Assembly: GCA_018716085.1 (NCBI GenBank)
Contig: DVKK01000047.1
Span: 908-64,907 of the forward strand
Reading direction: 5' to 3'
Source: Candidatus Ornithoclostridium excrementipullorum
GTDB taxonomy: Bacteria; Bacillota; Clostridia; Christensenellales; UBA3700
Length of the DNA: 64,000 bases
In this document: one piece after another, positions 18,896 to 27,087 of the stretch
Numbering within the stretch: position 1 is the first letter of the stretch
Layout of the letters: each line of letters opens with the position of its first letter
Notes under the pieces: model-generated
The model's input: only the letters and a program-made list of their open reading frames with translations
The model's database searches: none
What the model was told of the DNA's origin: nothing
Made by a program: the position numbers and the translations under genes

Positions 18896-20185
18896 ATGAA
18901 AAAATTAAAAGCTGAAATGTGGGACAAGGTGCAATACATCTTTCGCAACTATTATGACGGAATGATACATTGCGCGATAGTTTACCGCGGTAAAGTCGAC
19001 GAAGCGCTGTTGCGCAGGGCGATCAAACTCGTCGTGGACAAGGTAGACGTGCTGCACTCTTCCTTTGTTGCGCATCCGATAGATCCGTATTGGAGAGTCA
19101 ACGATGATTATACGGAAGAAGAGATGCTCGACGTGGTGTACGGCGACGTTTCTCACGAAAAGATCGAGGAATTGTTGGTCAGGCACGTGGACTATCGCGG
19201 GAAGCTGCAATTCAAGGCCACTTTGGTCAAGGAGAGCGGAGATAAAAGCGTGCTTTGTTTCGTCATCAATCACATATGCTGCGACGGCAGGGATTTCATA
19301 AGGCTGATGGGCGAGATATGCGCGGCATATCGCTCGCTCGCGCTGTACGGAGCTTACAAGTCGGATATAGCGTCCGGATCCCGCGGCGCCGAGCAGATAT
19401 ACAGGGATCTGCCCGAGCACGTGCGGAAAAAGGCTCGCAGGCTCTACAAGAATATATCCGGCACCGACATCAAGACGAAATTTCCGTTCGAGCAGGAGAC
19501 CGAAGCGGACAAACCGCATATCGCACGCGCAAAACTGAGCGCCGACGTTATGAGCGCGCTGAAAGTCCGCGGCAAAGCCGAAGGGTATACGGTCAACGAT
19601 ATCTATCTCGCGGCATATTTCCGTGCGGTCAAAGCGTTTTGTTCTCTGTCCGAAGACTGTCCGGCGGAGATCACGTCCATGCTCGATATGCGTCGCTATC
19701 TGAAAGACGGCAAGACGGAGGGGCTTACGAATCTGACTTCGTACATGCAGTGCAAATTGCTTTCGGGCATAGGCAGGGATATGACGGACACGCTGACGCG
19801 CGTAGCCGAAGCGCTCGAGCCGCAAAAAAGCGACCCGACGCTGGGTATGGCGGGGCTTCCGCTCATGGCGTTGGGACTGAAATTTCCGTTCTTTATCGGA
19901 AGCGCGTTGGTAAAGCTGGGATACAGCAATCCGCTGTTCACAATGAGCAATATGGGAGTGTTGAACGCAGACGATCTCGCGCTTGCCGAGGCGAAGGCGG
20001 AGGACGCGTTTTTCACCGGTACGGTCAAGTACAAGCCTTATATCCAGATAGCCTGCACGACGATGAACGGAGAGGCGACTTTTACCGTATGCGAGAAGTG
20101 CTCCGACAGGGACAAACGCGCCATCCGAGCGTTTCTGGATCGATTTACCGGCGAATTGGAGAGATACGCAAAGGGCAGTCGTTAA
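18896..20185 (+). CDS. stand-alone condensation-domain/PapA5/WS-DGAT-like acyltransferase (HxxxDG)
   Basis: Motif VINHICCDGRDF matches HxxxDG. At about 430 aa it fits a single condensation-like fold. Start reassigned to ATG 18896 after GAGGTG. Confidence 0.7.
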   Translation: MKKLKAEMWDKVQYIFRNYYDGMIHCAIVYRGKVDEALLRRAIKLVVDKVDVLHSSFVAHPIDPYWRVNDDYTEEEMLDVVYGDVSHEKIEELLVRHVDYRGKLQFKATLVKESGDKSVLCFVINHICCDGRDFIRLMGEICAAYRSLALYGAYKSDIASGSRGAEQIYRDLPEHVRKKARRLYKNISGTDIKTKFPFEQETEADKPHIARAKLSADVMSALKVRGKAEGYTVNDIYLAAYFRAVKAFCSLSEDCPAEITSMLDMRRYLKDGKTEGLTNLTSYMQCKLLSGIGRDMTDTLTRVAEALEPQKSDPTLGMAGLPLMALGLKFPFFIGSALVKLGYSNPLFTMSNMGVLNADDLALAEAKAEDAFFTGTVKYKPYIQIACTTMNGEATFTVCEKCSDRDKRAIRAFLDRFTGELERYAKGSR

Positions 20186-20610
20186 ATCGCAGCGGAAGAC
20201 TTGAGTCGGGAACGGACATTATACATTTATTGGGTATAATAAAAATATAGTATAGAAGTAAAGTCTTTATGCGTGAGCGTTCGTTCATTAAATACGTGTT
20301 CCGCGACATGGCAGAAAAGACTCCGAACTGAAAAAGCGTGTGGACGGAGTCGCTTCCGCGGCGGTATTTAACCGCATGAAGCGTATCCGTCCCATGGTAA
20401 AGACCGTTTGTGGCGCTAGGGCTTGACGAGGTATATAGATCCGCGTAGACCTTGTTCAAGCGGGGCGTTCATAAGTTATTCGACGACGCCGATCTCATAG
20501 TCGGGATGTCGAGGCTGAATAAGATCGTTCTGCCGCTGCGCTATTATTGCAAGTTCGTCACACTGTCGAATACGGAGAGGGCGAATACGAAAAGAGCCCC
20601 GATCCTTTTT
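20184..20610 (+). repeat. direct repeat copy 1 (decayed copy of 23054..23489)
   Basis: aaatcgcagcggaagacttgAgtcgggaacgga matches 23054 onward. Long stretches such as ctgaaaaagcgtgtggacgg.gtcgcttccgcggcgg are shared. The copy has several indels. Confidence 0.85.
20240..20610 (+). pseudogene. pseudogene of an LMW-phosphatase family gene (paralog of 23110..23586)
   Basis: Aligns to codons 1 to about 127 of the intact gene. The CX5R P-loop region is unrecognisable. A 1-nt deletion (aagactccgaacTGA versus aaggatcccgaactg) shifts the frame into a stop. An in-frame TAG (gcgcTAGggc) and further indels follow. The 3' ~95 nt are missing. Confidence 0.75.
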
Positions 20611-21061
20611 TAACACAGAATATAAAAAATGTTTTCATACTATTACCAATAATTTTCTCAGACACTGACATTATCGCCAATAAATCACGAGCGGATAATA
20701 GGGAGTGCATTTATCTTTCAATATGACGTAAGCAGTTTTTGGAGATCAAAAAGTATACGTGGGAACAGCTATCGATCGCAGTTTGCGTGGAAAAGATATA
20801 TATTTTGCAAATATATTGTAACCGAGAAGGGGCAAAACATGAGATCTCAGCGGCAGATAGAGGATCGCGTTTCCGATAAATTCGATTATCTCGGGAGAGG
20901 TCGTTCGGGAAGTTTGCGCATATCATGGCGTTGATCGAGGGGTGAATCTCGACATAATTTATTCTATATTAAAAAGATCATCGCATTTCAATTCGACATA
21001 GATATAGTAATTTTAAGTAACATTATTTAAAAAACTATTTCGAACAGTACGAAAAGTCGGG

Positions 21062-21286
21062 TCAATCGTCGGTACGGTTGCCGCACTCGTCGGTAATGCC
21101 GAGCAAAAAATCGCTGCTTACGTCGAAAAACCTGGCGACTTTGATTATCGCAGAGGCAGTAGGCTCTGTTTTGGAAAGCTCCCATTTGGCGATCGCAGAT
21201 TGACTTTGACCGAGTTTTGCGGCAAGCTGCTGCTGGCTTAAGCCTCTCTCTATGCGAAGTTCTTTCAGCGTTTTATCAAAACTCAT
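21062..21286 (-). CDS. XRE-family HTH transcriptional regulator (74 aa)
   Basis: MSFDKTLKELRIERGLSQQQLAAKLGQSQSAIAKWELSKTEPTASAIIKVARFFDVSSDFLLGI is a canonical Cro/C1-type HTH. Confidence 0.85.
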   Translation of the reverse strand: MSFDKTLKELRIERGLSQQQLAAKLGQSQSAIAKWELSKTEPTASAIIKVARFFDVSSDFLLGITDECGNRTDD

Positions 21287-21321
21287 ATGAACAATATTAT
21301 CAAAGTTAAGTCGGATAATAC

Positions 21322-21350
21322 TTGACAAGTCTTATAAGACTTGATATAAT
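21322..21350 (+). promoter_or_regulatory. consensus sigma-70 promoter with embedded palindromic operator
   Basis: TTGACA (21322..21327), 17 nt, TATAAT (21345..21350). An 18-bp perfect palindrome CAAGTCTTATAAGACTTG (21326..21343) fills the spacer. Confidence 0.7.
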
Positions 21351-21376
21351 TCGATTAAAACAAGGAGGAGATCGGA

Positions 21377-22396
21377 ATGAAAGGTAAAGTTATCAAGATC
21401 ACGGCGGCGTTTGCGTTGTTGGCGGCGTTTGCAGGGGCATTGACCGCATGCGGCGGCGTAGAGTTGAATCTGTCGTTTTATGTGGACGGGGAGAGGTATG
21501 CTGTCGTTTCGACCAACGGAGGCGAAGCCGTATCGATGCCTGCCGATCCGATGAAAGACGGATATACTTTCGAAGGATGGTTTTGGGACGAAGGAGAGTG
21601 GTCTCTGCCGCTGACGACCATGTCGTTGATGAACGTTCCGCTGTCGTCCGATATGAGAGTGTACGCAAAGTGGAGTCCGAACTCAAATGAGGAAAAAGAC
21701 GGTGAAAAAAACGATATGCAGAACGCCGATAACGGCGGCTTAACGGATATCGAAGCCGAAGAACTGACTTCCGCAGAGCTTTTCGGTATTGTTCCTGACG
21801 AGCATTATTCCGCTAAGTATATGGGAGGTACGCTTTATCATTGGATATGGAACGGGGCTGACGTTACGGCGGCAGTGATCGACGGGCTGTCGTCCAAGGG
21901 GGCTGTCGCAACGGGAAAGTGGACGAGTTCAATCGCAATGAAGTGGTGTGGCACAAGGGTTGAGATGAACACGGTCGACATGGGAGCGTATCACGTGGAA
22001 TATTTCGACGGCGAAGGAAACGTGACGGTTTATTATATGAATATAGAAATAAGCGACGCTCCCGACGCGTCCGAGGACGGCGGGGAAAGCGTAGATATCG
22101 GTTTGACGCACGAGCAGATGATAGCCGTATTGGACGAAGCCGTTGCGAGAGGAAATGTGGTTGCGACCGGAAGGCGCGGGGATTACGTGGTGGAGGTCCC
22201 GTATACGGACGAACTTATAGCGATATCCGGGCTTAAAAAGAGCGCGTTGTTCTTATCCGGAGCTCCGTTCGATTATATTCGCGACGGATACGTCTATATA
22301 AACGTGGTCGACGAGTACGGCGGCGAGTACAGAATACTCGGATACGGAATAAACGAGTATGACGGCGGATGGTATGCCGTCTGCATACGCCGTTGA
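21377..22396 (+). CDS. lipoprotein with one Listeria-Bacteroides (Flg_new) repeat and an uncharacterised C-terminal region
   Basis: Lipobox AFAGALTACGG. DGYTFEGWFWDEGEW...VYAKW matches the Flg_new repeat pattern. GGAGG SD is upstream. Confidence 0.8.
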   Translation: MKGKVIKITAAFALLAAFAGALTACGGVELNLSFYVDGERYAVVSTNGGEAVSMPADPMKDGYTFEGWFWDEGEWSLPLTTMSLMNVPLSSDMRVYAKWSPNSNEEKDGEKNDMQNADNGGLTDIEAEELTSAELFGIVPDEHYSAKYMGGTLYHWIWNGADVTAAVIDGLSSKGAVATGKWTSSIAMKWCGTRVEMNTVDMGAYHVEYFDGEGNVTVYYMNIEISDAPDASEDGGESVDIGLTHEQMIAVLDEAVARGNVVATGRRGDYVVEVPYTDELIAISGLKKSALFLSGAPFDYIRDGYVYINVVDEYGGEYRILGYGINEYDGGWYAVCIRR

Positions 22397-22428
22397 CGAT
22401 CGGCGGCAAAAATACGGGAGATAACGAG

Positions 22429-22974
22429 ATGGAAGAACAGGATCGTAAAGAGGAAAGGGGCGGGGATATCGAAATGCAAAGCGGATCGGATCGGGTCGGC
22501 GGTCCGACAGGCTCGGACGGATCGCAAACGGGCAAGGCATCGGGTGTTGTGTCGAACCGTGCGGCAGCGAGCGGCGTTTCACAAGCGGCGAGTTTTTATC
22601 AAAGGCACAAAGTTTGGATATGGATAGCTGCGGCAGCAGTCGTAGCGGTGGTGTTGATCCTGATCATCGGGTCGTCCGGTACGCAGAAATACGTCGGTAC
22701 CGATACTAAGTTCGACGTATCCGTGGAGTTGGAGTCAAACGGCGAGTTTACTCTGACCGAAACGACGCTTGCCACCGGAGAGATATATACCGTAAAAGGA
22801 ACGTACGAATATCTCGGCAGTAACGATACGGTCATCCGATTCAATATCCGGAACGTAAACGGCGAAACGTTTCAATACTCGTTCACATGTCAGATAATGA
22901 CCAATATATACGGTACGCCGTTTATCAGTTTTACATCTTCGCCGTTCGATTATCCGCCCTGCTATAAACAGTAA
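22429..22974 (+). CDS. bitopic membrane protein, unknown function
   Basis: Disordered Gly/Ser/Asp N-terminus, TM helix VWIWIAAAAVVAVVLILIIG, then a ~110-aa beta-rich C-terminal domain. Start is at ATG 22429 after GGGAG. Confidence 0.65.
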   Translation: MEEQDRKEERGGDIEMQSGSDRVGGPTGSDGSQTGKASGVVSNRAAASGVSQAASFYQRHKVWIWIAAAAVVAVVLILIIGSSGTQKYVGTDTKFDVSVELESNGEFTLTETTLATGEIYTVKGTYEYLGSNDTVIRFNIRNVNGETFQYSFTCQIMTNIYGTPFISFTSSPFDYPPCYKQ

Positions 22975-23053
22975 AGCGGCGAAAATGCTATGCGGGCGTC
23001 GGATATGACGGCGGGACAGACGATCGCGGATCGGGAATCTGTTCGAACGTGCG

Positions 23054-23489
23054 AAATCGCAGCGGAAGACTTGCGTCGGGAACGGAGCATATAATATAAT
23101 CAATATATTATGAAGATACTTTTCGTGTGCTCTTCCAATATCTGCCGTTCGCCGTTTTGCGAATACGTGTTCCGCGATATGGTAGAAAAGGATCCCGAAC
23201 TGAAAAAGCGTGTGGACGGGGTCGCTTCCGCGGCGGTGTTCAACCGCATGAAGCGTATCCACCCCATGGCAAGGACGGCGTTGCTGCGCGAGGGATTCGA
23301 CGAGGCGTATATAGATTCGCACCGTCCTTCGTTCAAGTGGGGCGATCGCAAATTGTTCGACGACGCCGATCTCATAGTGGGGATGTCGAGGGCGAACAAG
23401 ATCGTTCTGCCGCTGCGCTATCACCGCAAGTTCGTCACGCTGTCGGAATACGGAGAGGGCAGATACGAAAAGATCCCCGATCCGTTTTT
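23054..23489 (+). repeat. direct repeat copy 2 (promoter region plus the 5' four-fifths of the intact phosphatase gene)
   Basis: Homologous to 20184..20610. See the repeat copy 1 entry. Confidence 0.85.
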
Positions 23490-23586
23490 GATGAAGAACG
23501 TAGACGACTATCTCGCGGTCATGGATTTTCTGAAAGCAAAGATAGTATCGTTCGCCGAAAAGATCAAGAGCCTGCCTTGCGACTGA
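23110..23586 (+). CDS. LMW phosphatase family protein (protein-tyrosine/arsenate-reductase-like fold)
   Basis: P-loop VCSSNICRSP (CX5R) and IPDPF motif. 158 aa. Confidence 0.8.
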   Translation: MKILFVCSSNICRSPFCEYVFRDMVEKDPELKKRVDGVASAAVFNRMKRIHPMARTALLREGFDEAYIDSHRPSFKWGDRKLFDDADLIVGMSRANKIVLPLRYHRKFVTLSEYGEGRYEKIPDPFLMKNVDDYLAVMDFLKAKIVSFAEKIKSLPCD

Positions 23587-23600
23587 GGCGAGATAACGGA

Positions 23601-23626
23601 CCGCGCGCTTTCGGCGCGCGGTTTTT
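23601..23626 (+). terminator. intrinsic terminator
   Basis: CCGCGCGC-TTTCG-GCGCGCGG followed by TTTTT. Confidence 0.75.
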
Positions 23627-23882
23627 GCGTAAAGTACGGGCGAGCGATCCTGCGGACGGACAGGCGCGTTGGCGGCAACGGTACTGTCGGGATATGTCGG
23701 TATCTCTCGGCGCGCGAAGAGGCCGGCGGACACGGAAACGCAAAGCCTGTTCACGGCTGAAAAACGCGCATTATCGGTGATTAAAAAGTAACCGAAAAAA
23801 ACGGAATTTTCCGATACCGAAAACTGATTTTTTGTCAAGTGTTTTTGCCTCAAAAATTATTTATTTTATTTTCGATCAAGCG

Positions 23883-23970
23883 TTGACAGTGTATATGTAC
23901 TGTGTTATCATAATTAGGCAAACAACAAAATACAGGATGACTTTCACCGTCTGACCACAATATATTGTGG
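23883..23970 (+). promoter_or_regulatory. nrdD promoter with two NrdR-box-like palindromes
   Basis: TTGACA (23883..23888), 17 nt, TATCAT (23906..23911). Box 1 is ACAGTGTATATGTACTGT (23886..23903, imperfect). Box 2 is CCACAATATATTGTGG (23955..23970, perfect 16-bp palindrome). Confidence 0.6.
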
Positions 23971-23996
23971 CTTGCGGCGAAAGGGAGGAGGAGAGT

Positions 23997-26333
23997 ATGT
24001 TCGAGACGATTATCAAGAGAGACGGGCGCAGAGTCCCTTACGACATCACCAAGATCCAGACCGCTATCGGCAAGGCCATGGCGTCCGCGGGGCGCAAGGA
24101 CGAGCTGGAATGCGCCAGACTGGCAAGGCTTGTCGAAGAAAGACTTCTCGACAAATACGAGGGCACGAACAACAGCCCGACGATCGAGGATATCCAGGAT
24201 ATGGTCGAAAAGGTCCTGATGGAGAACGGATACGCCTATATCGCCAAGAAGTACATCCTCTACCGTGCAGAGCGCACCAAGTCGCGTGAGATGAACACCG
24301 CGCTGATGCGTATTTACAACGAACTCACTTTTACCGACGCGGGCGACAGCGACATGAAGCGCGACAACGCCAATATCGACGGCGACACCGCGATGGGCAC
24401 GATGCTCAAATACGGCAGCGAAGGCGCGAAGGATTATTATGCGAAGTATATCCTGCCGCCCGAACAGAGCAAGGCTCACAGAGAAGGCGATATACATATC
24501 CACGATTTCGACTTCTACACGCTCACCACTACGTGCTGTCAGATCGATCTGCTCAAACTGTTCAAGGGCGGATTTTCGACGGGCCACGGCTTTTTGAGAG
24601 AGCCCAACGATATCCAGAGCTACGCGGCGCTCGCCTGTATTGCCATTCAGTCCAACCAGAACGATCAGCACGGCGGACAGAGTATCCCCAACTTTGACTA
24701 CGGTCTTGCGCCGGGCGTCGTCAAGACGTACAAGAAGCTGTATGCGTCCAACCTTGCCAAGGCTCTGGAACTGATCGACGACAGTCCGCTTTCCGTGGAC
24801 GACGTCAAGAAGATCGTCAAAAAGATAGAGAACGAAAAGGGCGTGTATCCCTGCCTGGCGGGCGATCCCGAATACGATAAAGCGGAGAGGGAAGCGTTCA
24901 AGGATATCCCCGACGCCGATTTCGCCAAGGCGAAGAAGTTTGCGAAGGAAAACGCCGACAGAGAGACGGACAGAGCGACGTACCAGGCTATGGAAGCGCT
25001 TATCCACAACCTCAACACGATGCATTCCCGCGCGGGAGCGCAGACTCCGTTCAGCTCCATCAACTACGGCACCGACACTTCGCCCGAAGGCAGGATGGTC
25101 ATCAGGAACATACTGCTCGCGGAAGAGGCGGGACTCGGTTTCGGCGAAACGCCGATCTTCCCGATCCACATATTCAAGGTCAAGGAAGGAGTGAACTACA
25201 ACAAGAAGGATCCCAACTACGATCTGTTCAAGCTCGCCTGCAAGGTCAGCGCGAAGAGGTTGTTCCCCAACTTCTCGTTCATAGACGCGCCGTTCAACCT
25301 GCAGTATTATAAGCCGGGACATCCCGAGACCGAGATCGCGTACATGGGCTGCCGCACCCGCGTCATGGGCAACGTATACGATCCGTCGCGTGAGATCACT
25401 TACGGAAGAGGCAATCTCTCGTTCACCTCCATCAATCTGCCGCGTATAGCGATCAAGAGCAAGGGCAACGTGGATTGGTTCTTCGAAGAATTGGAACGCA
25501 AGATGGATCTCGTCGTGCAGCAGCTGCTCGACAGATTCAAGATCCAGTCCAAAAAGAGAGTAAAGAACTTCCCGTTCCTCATGGGACAGGGCGTGTGGAT
25601 CGATTCCGAGAAGCTCGGTCCCAACGACGAAGTCGGCGAAGTGCTCAAACACGGCACTTTGTCGGTCGGATTCATCGGACTTGCCGAAACGCTCGTATCT
25701 CTGACGGGCAAACACCACGGCGAGAGCAAAGAGTCTCTCAACCTCGGTATGGATATCGTGAGGTTCATGAGAGAGTATCTCGACAGAATGTCGCAGAAGA
25801 CGGGGCTCAACTTCGGACTTATCGCGACCCCCGCCGAAGGACTTTCGGGCAGGTTCGTGCGCATAGACAAGAAGAAGTACGGCATAATACCTGGCGTGAC
25901 TGACAGGGATTATTACACCAACTCCTTCCACGTGCCCGTGTACTACAACATCAGCGCGTACGACAAGATACAGATAGAGGCGCCGTTCCACGCGCTCACC
26001 AATGCGGGACATATCAGTTATGTGGAGCTTGACGGCGACACCGCGAACAATCTCGAAGCGTTCGAAAAGATAGTGAGATGCATGAAAGAGGCGGGCGTAG
26101 GATACGGTTCGATCAACCATCCGGTCGACAGAGATCCGGTCTGCGGTTACAGCGGTATCATCGGCGAGTGCTGCCCCAAGTGCGGAAGAAAAGAGCATGA
26201 CGGAGAATTCGGCTTCGAACGCATCCGCCGTATCACGGGTTATTTGGTCGGAACGCTCGAAAGATTCAACAACGCCAAGCGTGCCGAGGAAAAAGACAGG
26301 GTCAAGCACGGGCTCGAAGGTCTCGCGGAATGA
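23997..26333 (+). CDS. nrdD: anaerobic ribonucleoside-triphosphate reductase (class III)
   Basis: N-terminal ATP-cone IIKRDGRRVPYDITKIQ, C-terminal Cys cluster CGYSGIIGECCPKCG and glycyl-radical motif RRITGYLVG. Start is at ATG 23997 after GGGAGGAGGAG. Confidence 0.95.
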   Translation: MFETIIKRDGRRVPYDITKIQTAIGKAMASAGRKDELECARLARLVEERLLDKYEGTNNSPTIEDIQDMVEKVLMENGYAYIAKKYILYRAERTKSREMNTALMRIYNELTFTDAGDSDMKRDNANIDGDTAMGTMLKYGSEGAKDYYAKYILPPEQSKAHREGDIHIHDFDFYTLTTTCCQIDLLKLFKGGFSTGHGFLREPNDIQSYAALACIAIQSNQNDQHGGQSIPNFDYGLAPGVVKTYKKLYASNLAKALELIDDSPLSVDDVKKIVKKIENEKGVYPCLAGDPEYDKAEREAFKDIPDADFAKAKKFAKENADRETDRATYQAMEALIHNLNTMHSRAGAQTPFSSINYGTDTSPEGRMVIRNILLAEEAGLGFGETPIFPIHIFKVKEGVNYNKKDPNYDLFKLACKVSAKRLFPNFSFIDAPFNLQYYKPGHPETEIAYMGCRTRVMGNVYDPSREITYGRGNLSFTSINLPRIAIKSKGNVDWFFEELERKMDLVVQQLLDRFKIQSKKRVKNFPFLMGQGVWIDSEKLGPNDEVGEVLKHGTLSVGFIGLAETLVSLTGKHHGESKESLNLGMDIVRFMREYLDRMSQKTGLNFGLIATPAEGLSGRFVRIDKKKYGIIPGVTDRDYYTNSFHVPVYYNISAYDKIQIEAPFHALTNAGHISYVELDGDTANNLEAFEKIVRCMKEAGVGYGSINHPVDRDPVCGYSGIIGECCPKCGRKEHDGEFGFERIRRITGYLVGTLERFNNAKRAEEKDRVKHGLEGLAE

Positions 26334-26845
26334 CGAAGATAAGGCTCGCGGGCACGGTGAACGATTCCATCACCGACGGTCCGGGACTGCGTTTTGCGAT
26401 ATTCGTCCAGGGCTGTCCGCACAACTGTCCGGGCTGTCACAACCCGCAGACGCACGATTTCGCGGGAGGAAAGGACGCCGATACGGACGACCTTCTCGAA
26501 CAGGGACTGCGCAATCCTCTGCTGTGCGGAGTTACGTTCAGCGGCGGAGAGCCTATGTGTCAGGCAAGGGCGCTTGCGGAACTTGCGCGGAAATTCCGCG
26601 AAAGAGGAGTGGACGACATAGCCTGCTATACGGGATACCTTATAGAGGATCTGCTCGCGGGTAAGGTCGACGGAGCGGAAGAGCTGTTGAGGGAACTCGA
26701 TACGTTGGTTGACGGTCCGTTCATACAGGCGCGCCGCACCTACGAGGCAAAGTTCAAAGGCTCGGACAACCAGCGCGTGATCGACGTGCAGGCGACGTTG
26801 GAGCAAGGCAAAGTCGTTCTTGATACTTCGGAGAGATGGAACTGA
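26330..26845 (+). CDS. nrdG: anaerobic RNR activating protein (radical SAM)
   Basis: CPHNCPGCHN radical-SAM cluster motif. The ATG overlaps the nrdD stop. Confidence 0.9.
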   Translation: MTKIRLAGTVNDSITDGPGLRFAIFVQGCPHNCPGCHNPQTHDFAGGKDADTDDLLEQGLRNPLLCGVTFSGGEPMCQARALAELARKFRERGVDDIACYTGYLIEDLLAGKVDGAEELLRELDTLVDGPFIQARRTYEAKFKGSDNQRVIDVQATLEQGKVVLDTSERWN

Positions 26846-26895
26846 CTTCGGGCAAACCCGACAACCGGGATATGACCGCATAAAAGCGGACGGAA

Positions 26896-26917
26896 AACGC
26901 GCTCAGGCGCGTTTTTT
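26896..26917 (+). terminator. intrinsic terminator after nrdG
   Basis: AACGCGC-TCAG-GCGCGTT followed by TTTT. Confidence 0.7.
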
Positions 26918-27087
26918 CATGCCCGTGTATGACAAACGCCGATATCGGGAATCTTCGAAAAGCGGAAACGATCATTCTACCGATAGTAGAGCCGCGTCGT
27001 ATTGCACGACATAGGAAGCCGTGATATAATAGTATCGAAAATGTCGGACAAGATCGATACGATGCTGTTCGGCACAGGAGGAGCGAC

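Noticed and set aside
20145-20459. Minus-strand ORFs 20145..20459 and 22735..23853 share the peptide ...DTLHAV.(Y/H)RRGSD.VHTLFQFG..., suggesting a paralogous gene pair
   Set aside because: The shared peptide is the antisense translation of the phosphatase direct repeat. The real signal is the DNA repeat and pseudogene on the plus strand.
20839-20934. 31-codon ORF (MRSQRQIEDRVSDKFDYLGRGRSGSLRISWR) with a weak GAAGGGG upstream
   Set aside because: It is too short and featureless to support. It lies in decayed AT-rich spacer DNA.
23850-26309. 819-aa ORF on the minus strand spanning the whole of nrdD
   Set aside because: It mirrors a gene with unmistakable NrdD motifs (ATP-cone, Cys cluster, RITGYLVG). 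It has no SD and has an Arg/Val/Asp/His/Glu-rich composition typical of antisense translation. Rarity of TTA/CTA/TCA codons in GC3-rich sense genes explains the missing stops.
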